A stretch of 62,926 nucleotides of DNA, the filler included, from Aduncisulcus paluster (taxonomy: Eukaryota), in the NCBI GenBank assembly GCA_024181965.1. It is 6 parts of 6 records of this genome, joined end to end, with 100 filler letters (N's around TTAATTAATTAA, not from the genome) between each part and the next. Parts side by side here need not be neighbours in the genome. Positions count along the whole stretch, not along the records: positions 38,749 to 50,515 come from BQXS01011035.1; positions 50,616 to 57,170 come from BQXS01011036.1; 4 more parts are not named here. One strand, written 5' to 3'. A model generated the notes under the pieces. That model ran no database searches. It was not told the origin of the DNA and saw only the letters and a program-made list of their open reading frames with translations. Numbering within the stretch: the first letter of the stretch is position 1; each line of letters starts with the position of its first letter. Below, one piece after another: positions 44,376 to 56,670 of the stretch. A program made the position numbers and the translations under genes.

Positions 44376-47300
44376 TTATTCGCGAGGTTTTACAGTTCTT
44401 CTCCTTTGTAAGGGAGATTGAGATGAGGCAGAAGGAGCAGTGGAAGAGTATGAACTCCCAGTTGAACCAGTAGATGTCTCAGTAGGATGGTATCTTCTTG
44501 TGCTTCTAACTGAAGACTGAATACTTTGCTTCATCTTCTCTTCCCAATTCTCCACACCATAAGGAGAGAATACAATTGAAGAGGAGGAAGAGGAAGAAGA
44601 GGAACCTGAAGATCCTGTTGGAAGAAGAAGAAGAAGAAGAAGAAGAAGAAGAAGAAGAAGAAGAAGAAGAAGAAGGAGGAGGAGGGTGAGGGGTGCGAGT
44701 GGCTGACATCATGATGGGACCTCTAGAAGAGGAGGAGAAAGAGGAAGCAGGTTTAAGAGTTGGTGCAACAACAGCAGAGATAGACTCTTCAAGAGCCTCC
44801 TTAGTAAGACTGCCGGAACCACTGGTTGAAGCACGAAGAGAGAATTGACGGATCCTATCCCTTAATCCACCAATCTCGCTATCTTTTCCTCTCCTCAGAT
44901 TCTCCATCATTATGGACATCTCGCGGTTCTTTCCACGAATCCTCTCAAGCTCAGCACTCATCTCAGAGATCTTCTTCCGACCTTCTTCACCTCCTTCTTC
45001 TCTTCCCATCCGAAGAGATTGCTTAACTCTGAAATCAACCTCACGTTGTGCCCAGGCTTGCTGGGATTTGAGTTCATCCTTGAGCTCGGAGATCTTCTTG
45101 TTCGCACTAATCTCATAATCACGACGAGATTGCTGAGCATGTTCTTTCTCAGCTTCTATTTTTATAATCTTTTCCTTGAAGCTCTTTTCTTGGTCTTCAA
45201 GCTTGTCAGTGAGGCGAGCGACCCGCATCTTGAGTTCATTAATGTCTCTCAATAGCTTGGAACGCTCGTCGACACTAATGCGGAGCTGGCTCTTCTGGAA
45301 ATTATCTTGACTCTTCATCTCAGACTCCAGCTGTTTGATCTTACGTTCACAATCGGTACGAATCCGACGTTCAGTCTGCACGTCTTTCTTGATTTCAGCA
45401 ATCTCATCATTGGATTCCTTGAGATCTTCTTGGAGCTGAAGTTCACGCCGAGCACTGGTGTGTTGCAAGGCTCTATATTTATCAGTGAGAACATCAACTT
45501 CCTTGCATAGAACACGAAGTTTCTCAAGCTCCTCATGCTCATTTTGAAGGACATAAATCTGCTTGTGTAAGGCGTGAATCTCAGCTTCACGAACAGAGAG
45601 CTCCTCGTCACTCTTGGCAGTGAGTTTAGAGATTTCAGAGTTGTACACCTCGACCTGTTGGTGAGCACATTCAATAGATTCTTTGTACTCTTCCTCGTCA
45701 CTCTTGAGTTTATCAATTTGAGCAGTCATGAGTGTTTTCTGTTGACGAAGCTCTTCTTCCCTCTTTGACACCTTGAGCATCAACGAATCAACCTCAGCCT
45801 TGAGAACAGTGGCCTCTCCACGAAGATCAGATATAAAACGTTCAAGATGGGTATTGTTAACCTCGACATCCCTTAGAACATCTCCACATTGCATTGTGAC
45901 CTTATGAGCGTACTTTTTAATGTCAAGCTTTTCCTTAGGAATTGAGGAAATTCTGGCTTCTTTGGAACGGAGTTCATTGGTAACACGAACGACCTCCCTT
46001 TCCTCTTCACTCCTCCTCAGTGTCTCATCAGCCTTCATGGTTTCCCATTTGATCCTCTCAAGGTACATGGACAGCCCATCAAGCTCTTTCTCAGCCTCAT
46101 ATATGAGCTGATCACGCTCTTTTACGACAGCCTCAAGGTGGGTGGCTTGTGAGGACATCTCTGAAGTGAGGCGAGAGATACGACCGTTGGCAGCATCAAT
46201 TTCCTCCTGTTTCTTCTTAAGTTGCTCCTCGTGGGCATCGGCTCTCAGTTTCATGGCCAAAGTGTGCTTCTGGATGAGCTCTTCGTGGGTAAGTGAACCG
46301 CTGGTCTGAATCTCGACTATCTGTGACTTCAAAGATTGAATCTCACTCCTTAGACGTTTCTTCTCATTCTCTCCAGCGTGTAGCTTGACTTTATAACCCT
46401 CAACATCCTGCTCAAGACTTCTGAAAGCGATTGTTTGCTTGCTGAGTTCTGTTTGGAGGTTTTGAACAACAACTTGAGCACCATCACGATCTCCTTCTTT
46501 CTCAACAAGCAGCTTTTGGGCCTGAGAAAGTTTATCGGAGAGAGAATCACGATCTCTGCTGATGTGGGAAAGAGTTCTCTCGGTCGATGAAAGCTTATTC
46601 ATTGTTTCAGACAAGCTCCTCTCGAGTCCTTGAACATTTTGATCGAGTTGTTCAGATTTTTCTTGGAGGTCATCTTTCACTTTCTCACAAGTTCTAAGTT
46701 TAGAACGAAGATCAGACACAACAGATTGTAACCTGATACTTTCCTGTTCACTAAACTTCCCACGACTGTCTAATTCCTTCGATATCGTCAGCAGTTGCTT
46801 CTCGGCAAGTTCCCGTTCCTCCCTAATCCTCCGATTCATCTCTCCTTTCAGCTCAGCTTCGACACGTTCCTTTTCCCTCAAACGAGAAGTAGAGAGAGAC
46901 TCGCTTTCTCTGAGCGAGGTCGACAATCCGTCAAGCTCAGTTCTAAGAGAATCAATGTGCCCTTCAAGCTCACGAACTCTCTTCTTGTATGGTTGCACGG
47001 CAGACTCGGGATCATCAGCTCTGAGAGCAGTCAATTCCTTCTCATACACTTCAAGTTTCTCCTTCATATCAGTCATGACGGCAACATGTTCGGTAGCACC
47101 GGACAAAAGCCGGTTTCGATCGGTGGTAAGATGATCGACTTGATCCTGGAGAGAAATAACAGCAGTTTGCAATGAGTCTTCAGAAACACTGAGTTTACCT
47201 TCAAGCTCACCCACAGTCTCAAGTAAATTCCTATTTTTAGTTGTGAGTCGCTCGTTCTCCCGCATCAGGTGCAGATTGATCTTTTCAGTCTCATCGGCCT

Positions 47301-48237
47301 TTTCATTGATCAAACGCATCTCACTCTGAAGGGCCCGAACACGTTCATCCCCATCTGTGGCTAAACGCTCCAATAAACGAGTTTTGTCCTCACGACAGGC
47401 TTGAAGATCATTCTGAAGGGAATGGATCGTAAAATCAAACTTCTCACGCATCTCACGAGTACTAACAGTAACTACCTGTTTTAAATCTTCATTGTGTTTC
47501 TCAATGGTAATAGTTTCAGCCAATTTAAGCTCAAGAAGACTCCTTTCTTTGGCTTCCTGATCAGCACGCAAATTAACTTTTCTAATTTCATTTTCCAATT
47601 CTTTTATACGTTCCAAAGAAGCGTCTAAGTCCTTGCTGAGTTCACGAGACTTGGTAACAGCCTTGGCAGCCTTGCTCTCAGCTTTACCACAGGTAATCTC
47701 TAATTGAGCAATTATCGAACTCTCAGTTTTGGCTAATGCAGTTGAAGATGCTGGAGCATACTTCAATTGCTCCTTTTTAGCTTCGATGAGTGATTCACGA
47801 GCGATTTTCTCTTCTTTCCGAGTTTGTTTTAATTCTTCTTCTACAGCAATTAAATCCGACTTTAAACGTTGAATTTGTCGGCGATTTGCTTCATCCGAAT
47901 GTTGTAACTGTGAAATTTGATGCATTAATGACGAGTCATGTGATATATGAGCCTCAGACCTTAATGAGGTATGAGGAAAAGAATTTTGTCCAGAATACCC
48001 TTTTGATTGATCATATGTTGAAGGATGTGTTCCAATATCGGGTAAATGAGGGAGTGATGGAGTTGAAGGTCGATTTGTTGGCCCATGGTCAGTCTAATCA
48101 GAAATTAAGGTGTCAGAAATAAAATAATAAAATGTGGAGGAAATAATAAATCAGATATTGCTTCAAATACCATCATATATCATTGAAAAATTGAAGAAGG
48201 TACATACACTAGATATAGGAGCTTTGTCAGATTCCAT
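44376..48237 (-). CDS. Long coiled-coil protein (2 exons; apparent frameshift in the Ser tract near the C-terminus)
   Basis: Exon 1 MESDKAPISS (48237-48208), intron, then in frame with ORF 44506..47925. After the (GAA)n tract ~44621-44672 the shifted frame gives PTGSSGSS..NWEEKMKQ..RRRTVKPRE-stop at 44376. Confidence 0.8.
48094..48207 (-). other. Spliceosomal intron, 114 nt, phase 0
   Basis: GTATGT...CTGATTAG; in-frame join PISS|TDHG. Confidence 0.85.
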
Positions 48238-48724
48238 TGGGAAAAATTGAAACTATAAATACTAAATACAATAAATTTTATCAATAATGGCTCGAAATAT
48301 ATGATACAAGCAAGCAAAGGTGCCCCTTTTCAAATAATTTCAAAAGATTACATATTTTTAATATGAACGGGTCGATTTATTTCAACTCAGCATCCACTAC
48401 TAAATTTATAATATTATATTGTAGAGTAAATCAATCTGAAGATGTAATATTCAAATCTCAATTTACTCATTGATAAACATATATTTAGACAATTCCAAAT
48501 ATATTATCAGAAACTAATAGGAAACAGGATACATATCAATGGATATTATGATTGCTATCAATTTAATTTCACGTTTTAGCTCTAATATCATCAAAATGAA
48601 ATGAGAGTTACTAATATTATAGCGATTCATATTTATATATCTAATTTAAATTGATAATGTTTATTTGTGAACAAAATATACTCCATACTTTTTCTTGATG
48701 TCATTTTTTTCGTTTGGCGAGCAT

Positions 48725-50515
48725 ATGGAAGAAGAAATTGTAGAATTTATTATCAAAATATCAAATCTTCCATATGAAGATTCGGAAGACTTGATTGGTT
48801 CGGTTTCTCTTGATAAATTAACCTTTGAGAGCATTTGCGCTGCTGGGGTGGAAATTAAGGAAGAAGAAGTTAGTGAAGAACAGAAAACACCGATTATCGA
48901 AACAATGGAGGCTGTAGAAGAGGAAGAAGAATCTGCTGAAATCCCAGAACCTCCCCCCAAACCCAAGCGTGGCAGACCCGGTAGAAAAAGGCGAACTCAG
49001 GATGATAACGATGTCTATCAGCCCGCATTTGAAGAAGAAGGCCGAGGGTTACGTAGAAGGAGTAGTAGATTTCGTGGTCGTAGGATGATAGGTGACAATG
49101 ATGAATCTGAATCCGAAATGTTCGAGATGTCACATCCTGTTGTCCCGACTTATAAAGCCGTTTCAACGAACAAAGAGCAAGCATATTTTGAAGAACAGGC
49201 CGAATTGATAAAACGACAATTGCCATACTATTCTGTGAGTCCATTTATCCCCGTGTCGTCAATGCCTCCCGACAAGCTCAGAGTATATGACGTTTTACAA
49301 TGCCAAAAATATAACACCCTTAAGTTCTATCCTGCTGCTGCCATTTGCATTCACCGTAATCACGTCAGGAGAATGGCGGAAGAGAAAGACGAAGAACAGC
49401 TCAAAAGTACTACAATACATAGCATATCAAAGCCATTCCCAAAGCAACCAACCCAGAAAGACGGCTCCCTTGAGCAAACAGATATTAATACTTACAACAA
49501 GGATACAGATGACTGGATAACGTTATGTTCTGAGGCTGAAAAGAGAATCACTCTGTCAAAGCCTTGGTTCTCAATGCGAACAGTTGATATTGAAAAAGAA
49601 AGTGTCGGAGTGGCAGCCACGAATGGAAAACCTGATTTATATTTAGAATTGAGAAACTTCATGATTATTTGTTATTATATCCAGTCCATGCGTCATTACC
49701 AGCGATTCTTGGGTCTAGGCGATACATTCTCCTCTCTTCCCTCCTCCTTCTTTGCAGAGCTGCCCCTTCCCCCTTCTCTTTCCTTCACTGCCATCCGTCG
49801 TGCCGTGAGGGTGTGTGCTGGGGTGTGTCTGTCTGTCTGGCGAGTCTGTGTTAGTCTTGGTTACATTAATTCGTGGTCTGCACATACCTTACCTCTTTCC
49901 TCCCAAACTCCAGAGATCTCTTTGGCCTCCACACAATCTTCTCTTCCATTAACAGTACAGTACAGTAGAACAGATGTGAAGATAGAGCCAACTTCTGTGA
50001 CCAATAAGACGGAAAAAGACGAAGAGGAAGAAGAGAAAGCTGAAGGAAAAGATAAAGTTGAAGATAATATCGATATTGTTGTGAAAAACAAGCCAGCTGA
50101 AGTAATAATTACAGAACAATCAAATCAACCTGGGAATGAAGACAAAGAAGAAGATTACGATGCGATTGATGAGAGTGATTCTTCTTTTCCGGCATTCTTA
50201 TGCCACGGCTGTCATGAGGAAATACATGGCAAGTCGAGATGGTGTTGTTATGTATTGCGTTCTTGTGACCTCTGTCCGACTTGTTTCTCATCTCTCCTTT
50301 CTTTTGAGAAACAACAAAAGGATCAACCCAATGCAACCTCACCTAACCACCATGATGTGAAACTTGAACAAGGAGCTCCAGATACCGGTTTTACATCTAT
50401 CGCTGGAATGGCTGTACAATCCCCAGGTGTCGTTAATCATCACCCTCTTCCTGCCCCCCCAACAGTTGGCTCAGGGTCTCTTATGCCCCTCCAACAACAA
50501 GGGTCAGGTGGTTCT
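48725..50515 (+). CDS. SWI3/Rsc8/SMARCC-like chromatin-remodelling subunit (AT-hook-like motif, SWIRM, ZZ finger), 3' partial
   Basis: KRGRPGR; SWIRM-like PWFS..IEK..PDLYLELRNFMI..LSFTAIRR..LGYIN; ZZ-like CHGC..WCC..CDLCPTCF. Confidence 0.8.
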
Positions 50516-50615
50516 NNNNNNNNNNNNNNNNNNNNNNNNNNNNNNNNNNNNNNNNNNNNTTAATTAATTAANNNNNNNNNNNNNNNNNNNNNNNNNNNNN
50601 NNNNNNNNNNNNNNN
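50516..50615. other. Artificial contig-joining spacer
   Basis: N44-TTAATTAATTAA-N44. Confidence 0.98.
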
Positions 50616-53600
50616 GTCTGGTTTGATTTTGATACATGGCAGCAACAGTCGTCAGAAGAACAACGTAAGCAAAGGTGTGTTGATATTTTCAATGAAATAT
50701 CTCACAAACCTCTTAGATTGTCTTTCTCCGGATCTTTATTGCCTCTTCCATCGATCAAATCCATCTGCACAAATGTATCACATAATCAAGGAGGTCAGTA
50801 TGATGGATTCTTACTCCCTCCAATCGTGTCTTCGCTGCTTTCAATGCTCTCTCTCTATTCTTCTCTTCATTCTCATCTTTCTGCTCTATCCCACTCCCAT
50901 TCTGCTCCATCGGTGTCGTTTGTTCTATTATTAGCTCAATTATTGAATGTTCAACGAGTCGTTGGGTCTCTGATAGTTAGCGATATTTGTGAGATTCCGT
51001 CCTCTTCTGCATCTGCTGCTGACACGATGAGAAAGGAGTTTCCAATCAAATACGATGTTTATCATACAACACAATTTTCTGATCCTCCCCATAATAGGCA
51101 AGCTAACCAATGGGATAAACGTTCTCCAGAGCCTGAAATTGAAGGAAGGGAAAGAGAGAGGGGAGTTGGAGCCAAAATGGATTACTCGAAGGGTTCCCCA
51201 TCTATTGGAGCTTCTGAAGGATCATCACAACCCATGAGTCTTCTTGATCGAGTCGCAGCTGGCCATTGTCCTGTTGTGGATGGCAAGGTGAAAGTTGTCA
51301 GAAGGAATTCAATATCCAGGAACCGAAGGAAAGGTCGTTCATCTTCTCGTGTCGAATCCCAAAGGAATGTGCATTCAGCGTATCCTTCCTCCCGTGCCTC
51401 CTCTGAATCAAAATTACCATCTTCCCCAAGTGTTAGGCCAGAGACATGTCCATCCAGTGGTTCATTTGGTTATGATTCCATTCGTTCCTCACAATCTGGA
51501 TCCTCTTCCACAAGAAGTTCTGGTCTTCTTAGCCCATCTTCCTATTCTGTAAAATCAAGTGTATCTCCATTCCCCTCGTCTCCTTCTCAATCCCCTCCGC
51601 TATGTTTCCTCCTTCTCCTCTCTCTTTCGTTGTGTCTCCGTGAGTCTTCAAGATGTTTAAATTGGAGTGAAACAATACGCAACCAATATATTTCAAGCCC
51701 TCCCAGTCATCCAGGATCAGATAATAGTCAGACAAGTATAGATCTTTCCCCGTCAAAATCTGACTCACCTATCTTTCCATCTCAGTCGGGATCATCTCCT
51801 TCCTCTTCCATGACCCCGGATCTTATCTGTAACCTTTGTTCTTTGTTATCAGCATTATTGTTTTCATCGACTTGTGACATCCTTCTCTTCTCTCTGTCAT
51901 CATTTCCTGTATTTTCTCTTATATCTCAGATATCTGAAAGGTCCAGTAAGGATATTAAAGTGAAAAAAGAGCTTCCAAGTTCATTTGCTGACCTTTCATC
52001 CCATTACTCTTCTTTATTCCAGAAATATAAGAAATCACTATCTCCTTCATTCGACGAGTCACCAATTTCTCCATTTCCCGAGTTACTCCTGTGTGATTAT
52101 TCAGCTTTAATTGATCATTTTCTGGAGTCTCTCTCCCTTGCTGGAGTCAGTGTTTGTGCACTTGAACGAGAAGTTATAGCCGTTTCCGGAGAAACTCACA
52201 AAGACAGGACGGAAGAGGGTGAACCATCATCACTCTCGTCCTCCCTTTCATCTTCTGCGGCCCTCATGTGCAATCCTTCGTCTTTTGAGAAGCCTCCCTC
52301 CCTCTTCTCCCTCTTCTCTCATTCGTACCTCTCTTCTCTCTCCTATCTCACACGCATATGTGGATGGATGGAGCTCCAGTATGTGTGCTTAAAGGTGAAA
52401 GAAGAGGATAAATCGGCTGGGTATCGAGCTGTGGCCAAAGGAGATCGTATCTCTGTTGCCTCTCAGCTATTTCCATCCCCATCTCATCGAGCCTCAATAA
52501 TTTCTCCAATCCTTTCCCACACGCTCTGCTGTGGGTGTCTGAATGATAGTGTGTCTGTGTGCATGAGTATTGTGTGTATCGCTGTGAGTGGTGTGATGCA
52601 AGAAGGACGAAGAGAACGAGAGTTGAGAGAGCAACAAAGCGGATCAAATAAGATAAGCAGTATTCGAAGGAACAGATTTTCCAACCTTTCCGGAAAGAAT
52701 ATATCGGCAGCATCTCCTTCCGTGGGCATGAAATCACCAAAGAAGGCAAGTATCTCCCCTAACTTTGACCCTTCTAATCATTCTGCATTGTATGTTTACA
52801 GTGACACTGTTGATGGCATTGACGATGAAGAGGAAGATGTGTTAATGTCAACAGTCAATCCTCTCGAAGAAACGTCGGGAAGACATCACGGTGAAGGATC
52901 CTTATCCTTATCAGCCACCCACTCTTTTACTAATTCCTTTGGATCTCCTTCATCACCGTCTTCTAGACCTTCATCCGGACTTTCAAGGAAATTATTTGCA
53001 TCACCATCACAATCGCCTCATTCAACTCTGTATTCTAGGAACACACCTGGTCTCAATCCATTGTATCCCAATTCACCACAGTTTCCAAGTTCTTTGTTGA
53101 CTCCTACGAACGGTGCTCTGAGACCGATCTCTCCTTCTGTGCATCCACAAGAGTCTCATCAACCCTCAGGGACTCTCGTATCATCCACCTCTCTCATTCC
53201 TTTGTTCAAATGCTGTATGTTCAGTGTACGAATGGGACTTCATAAAAGTACTAACAAGCAGAAACCTTCATATTACCCTTCGTCATCTTCATACTTCGGC
53301 GACAGAAGCCATCGATATCCCAAAAGGTTATCCAGTAGTCATTCTCCAGTGAGCCAGGACTCTGCAATATTTTGTGGAATCAAATATAACAGACCTCAAG
53401 GGTATCGATATTTACATCTTCGAATGGGTGAAAATATGTCTAAGCACGACGATAGACTTCCACCGACTCCTGCTTCAAAATCTACAATTCAGAAGCCGCG
53501 TACACACATTTATATTCCAGTTCATGATGCACTCAGGGGAGAAAAACAACCCTTGATTCATGCCAAGCTCGCTGGGAGTTTTCATGGAATGGAAAGATTG

Positions 53601-56096
53601 AAGAAGTCTAAACGAAGTCACAGATCTGAAGAAATACAAAGACGTGGAATTTCATACTCCGATGATAATGAATATTCTTCTGATCAATCACAAGAAGGAG
53701 AAGAGTGGTTATTTATGAAACATACTCCAGAGGAACCAAAAGAAATTAATCATGGCTCAGATCATTATTCGCCTGATTTGTCAGATGCTTTTGTTGTAGA
53801 TCCATTAACAATTACTGTCAATGAATGTGGATTGAAAATGACAGATATAAGTTGGTTATTAGCTCTTTCATTCAAACAGATCCTCGGAGGTCACAAGAAA
53901 GCTTTTTATGGTGATTCGCTCCAAGATCTTTCAGCTCAGACTCTTTCCTCTTCTATATCGAAACCTATGACTATTTCACACGCATATTTCTCACAGACCT
54001 CTCCAGACTTTGCTTTAACGGATGTAATATGTCTTGGAATGTCTGCTGAAAAGAAGAAAGTTGTGATCTTGTCATTCCTGCCTTTTTTCCTTGAACATTT
54101 GCCATCATTGGGTCTGTTTTATCATTTATGGTCGAACATTGACGATACATCGAGGTGGATCCTGACTTTTTATCTCCTGAGATATCACACCGCAATGAAA
54201 AACCATGTTCGAAGTGAAGATCGTAATTCTCCAGCGTTTGGTGGATCTTGGATGGATATTATCGGGGGCATATTACATCAAAACCCAAAGAAGAAAGATC
54301 TTGAAGAACACAAACATGATGTAATGCATCCTCACCTCACTCCACTCGTATCCTTGTGCAAATCAATGGGAAAACATGTTGCAATGTGTGATTTACTCTT
54401 GGATACCATTTTTTCATTCATTTCCTCCACTCTTCTCCCTTCCTTACAATCCCAACAAATCGATCTTCCCAAGCAACATCCCCTCTCGTTCTCTGGATTC
54501 TTCCCTTCTTCCTCTTTTCTTTCTGACCCATCGAACCGAGATTCTTCAGTGTCTCCGCCTGCGCCTGTTCCTGAAGCTTCATCGACCCTCTCTTCTCTCT
54601 CTCTTGTGCAGTCAATGTGTCTGTCCACTGAATGTATTCATATTCTTCCCATGTGTGGACCTCTATCAAGCATCAGTGTCTGCACGCTCCTGCATAAACT
54701 GTGTCAGCTCGGAGGAGTGATGGTGTTGTCAAATGCTCTTCAACCAACGCAGGGAAATGAGGAATCGGGCGGACAAAGTGAGAAAGTTGATTCTATTCCT
54801 TCTTATCCCCCTTCTCTTCTTCAGCAGAAACTTCCCATCCCATCATCTATTGCCTCTGTGTCCAGTTCAAGTGCAAGTTCAAGTTCAAGTGCAAGTGCAA
54901 GTACCATCGAAGCCATCATGTCAACCTCGGCATCTCTCTCTTCCTGCTCCGTTGCTGAGGCCACTGTTCATTCTCTTTACAAGCATCATGTGATCTCCCA
55001 TGAAATGGCATCGTCTCTGGCCTTGTTTGGGGAGAGATGTCTGACTGAATATATATCCTTGATAACTCAGACACTCAGGGTTTGTCCTGATTATGCAGAT
55101 TACATAACTCACGGGCTTGTATCATTCAGATCAATTCCTTTCATCCCATATAGTTCGATTATCGCTGGATCACACACAAGATCCAAACATTACGGGACTT
55201 TTCTGATTGATAGGAATCGATTATTTGAATTTCCACTCCCGATTTTGGGCATACTGAAATATTATTCAGAAAACGGAGATATTTCAGCATCATTTGTGGA
55301 GGCTTTGTTAGGTTTATGTGGAAATCTTGTGAAAAAGTCAACAATATTCTTCAAAAAACTTCTTGCATTCGATACTGTGCGACTTATTGTCAAAGTTATG
55401 AAGTTTTCCGGGAAAAATGGACATTGGCAGGTCTTTGACAAGGCCATTTTTGTCACTGGAAATATCATCTTTCTATACGAACCCTCTTCTTCTTCTTCTC
55501 AGAGTCGTTCTGTATCTATTCCTGGCGTTGTTATTCCTGGATTCAGTGTCAAATCTGATGATTCTGGGTTTGACGAGAGTGGAATTGTCCACAAGTCAAC
55601 TGTAATCCCACCCTCTCATAATTTGTTACTCCCGTTCCTTTCATTAATCCCCTTATTTTGTAGTACGCTTTTGAATGATGAAATATCTATCAAAACAAGG
55701 ACCAACGTGGCGGGCACAATTTCAAATATTATTCGAAGTAAGGCTTTGAGTGGAATAGATTCCATTGGTTCCCATGGGATTTTGTCTGTGTTTGGGGATA
55801 TCCCGGACCTTCTCGACACACTTTTCAGACAGGTCCAGAAGATCGACGGAGTGAAATATTTCAAAAACTTTGACCAATACAGGTTTATTAAAGGATTGGT
55901 ATTTCTTGCGCTCAGGTTAAAGAAAAAGATTGAAACAGAGGATAAACTTGAAGAATTGTGTGAAAATATTCAAAATGTTGTCGGTATCTTTGGCGAATGG
56001 TTGGCCAAAGAACGTCAGAGAGCAATAATTGCTGGTTGTGAAGACATCTGGAATTCTTTGCAAAATATTGTCGGCGATATTGTTGAAAAGAAGTAA
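50616..56096 (+). CDS. Large Ser-rich protein with Fused/STK36(TIO)-like C-terminal ARM repeats, 5' partial
   Basis: Frame is open from the contig start. LCGNLVKKSTIFF, KAIFVTGNIIF and KTRTNVAGTISNIIR resemble the Fused C-terminal GN..RHS..FY / FAIGNAAY / KT.ANAAGAL.NLVR motifs. No kinase domain inside the window. Confidence 0.55.
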   Translation, partial: VWFDFDTWQQQSSEEQRKQRCVDIFNEISHKPLRLSFSGSLLPLPSIKSICTNVSHNQGGQYDGFLLPPIVSSLLSMLSLYSSLHSHLSALSHSHSAPSVSFVLLLAQLLNVQRVVGSLIVSDICEIPSSSASAADTMRKEFPIKYDVYHTTQFSDPPHNRQANQWDKRSPEPEIEGRERERGVGAKMDYSKGSPSIGASEGSSQPMSLLDRVAAGHCPVVDGKVKVVRRNSISRNRRKGRSSSRVESQRNVHSAYPSSRASSESKLPSSPSVRPETCPSSGSFGYDSIRSSQSGSSSTRSSGLLSPSSYSVKSSVSPFPSSPSQSPPLCFLLLLSLSLCLRESSRCLNWSETIRNQYISSPPSHPGSDNSQTSIDLSPSKSDSPIFPSQSGSSPSSSMTPDLICNLCSLLSALLFSSTCDILLFSLSSFPVFSLISQISERSSKDIKVKKELPSSFADLSSHYSSLFQKYKKSLSPSFDESPISPFPELLLCDYSALIDHFLESLSLAGVSVCALEREVIAVSGETHKDRTEEGEPSSLSSSLSSSAALMCNPSSFEKPPSLFSLFSHSYLSSLSYLTRICGWMELQYVCLKVKEEDKSAGYRAVAKGDRISVASQLFPSPSHRASIISPILSHTLCCGCLNDSVSVCMSIVCIAVSGVMQEGRRERELREQQSGSNKISSIRRNRFSNLSGKNISAASPSVGMKSPKKASISPNFDPSNHSALYVYSDTVDGIDDEEEDVLMSTVNPLEETSGRHHGEGSLSLSATHSFTNSFGSPSSPSSRPSSGLSRKLFASPSQSPHSTLYSRNTPGLNPLYPNSPQFPSSLLTPTNGALRPISPSVHPQESHQPSGTLVSSTSLIPLFKCCMFSVRMGLHKSTNKQKPSYYPSSSSYFGDRSHRYPKRLSSSHSPVSQDSAIFCGIKYNRPQGYRYLHLRMGENMSKHDDRLPPTPASKSTIQKPRTHIYIPVHDALRGEKQPLIHAKLAGSFHGMERLKKSKRSHRSEEIQRRGISYSDDNEYSSDQSQEGEEWLFMKHTPEEPKEINHGSDHYSPDLSDAFVVDPLTITVNECGLKMTDISWLLALSFKQILGGHKKAFYGDSLQDLSAQTLSSSISKPMTISHAYFSQTSPDFALTDVICLGMSAEKKKVVILSFLPFFLEHLPSLGLFYHLWSNIDDTSRWILTFYLLRYHTAMKNHVRSEDRNSPAFGGSWMDIIGGILHQNPKKKDLEEHKHDVMHPHLTPLVSLCKSMGKHVAMCDLLLDTIFSFISSTLLPSLQSQQIDLPKQHPLSFSGFFPSSSFLSDPSNRDSSVSPPAPVPEASSTLSSLSLVQSMCLSTECIHILPMCGPLSSISVCTLLHKLCQLGGVMVLSNALQPTQGNEESGGQSEKVDSIPSYPPSLLQQKLPIPSSIASVSSSSASSSSSASASTIEAIMSTSASLSSCSVAEATVHSLYKHHVISHEMASSLALFGERCLTEYISLITQTLRVCPDYADYITHGLVSFRSIPFIPYSSIIAGSHTRSKHYGTFLIDRNRLFEFPLPILGILKYYSENGDISASFVEALLGLCGNLVKKSTIFFKKLLAFDTVRLIVKVMKFSGKNGHWQVFDKAIFVTGNIIFLYEPSSSSSQSRSVSIPGVVIPGFSVKSDDSGFDESGIVHKSTVIPPSHNLLLPFLSLIPLFCSTLLNDEISIKTRTNVAGTISNIIRSKALSGIDSIGSHGILSVFGDIPDLLDTLFRQVQKIDGVKYFKNFDQYRFIKGLVFLALRLKKKIETEDKLEELCENIQNVVGIFGEWLAKERQRAIIAGCEDIWNSLQNIVGDIVEKK

Positions 56097-56327
56097 TGTC
56101 GATTTGTTAAATGAAAGAAACATTGGTAAAATATGTATTCAGATTTGTATATTTTAATTTTATTAAATTTTGCCTATCGTAGGTTTTTATTCATATTTGG
56201 TTCATATTGACTGTATTACTGTCATCACAATTATTCTGACCCAGAATCGTTCACAAATTTCCCGAACTCGACTCTGAGTCCATCAGTGTTCCTTCAGAAA
56301 TTCATTTATTTGTTTAATTCTTCTCAA

Positions 56328-56615
56328 ATGGAGAATGATGTGTTCATAAAGAGGCCTCCTTAAAAGAGGTATTTCTTTCCAATCTTCTTTTTCAATTTCA
56401 ACTCCGTGAAGAAAGTTCAATCCATCAAACCTTTTCTTCCAAAGATTGGAGAAGGATGGGAATGTCCATCCATTGAGGATATTGTGAAGGCTCAGCTTGC
56501 CAGGCATAAAGGTGATTCTGGATGCATTGTTGACGATGTTGAACTTGCAGAAAAAGCTAGTCTTGAATTAGCGTATGAATTTTATGGAAGTGATTTTGAT
56601 CCTTTGGATATTTAA
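56328..56615 (+). CDS. Small hypothetical protein (~95 aa) interrupted by an in-frame TAA or two compensating indels
   Basis: ATG 56328 is in frame with ORF 56406..56615, but TAA lies at 56361. The alternative frame reads KRGISFQSSFSISTP in between. Confidence 0.4.
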
Positions 56616-56670
56616 ATTAGTTAGCTCGAACAATTGTATATCAATTTGAATAAAATTGTGTAAGGCCTAA

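Noticed and set aside
785-56363. TAA/TAG read as Gln (hexamitid-type code), prompted by in-frame TAA at 785, 1070 and 56361
   Set aside because: Conserved proteins end at natural C-termini with TAA (cathepsin B, NadE), and long ORFs contain no TAA/TAG. Indels explain the exceptions.
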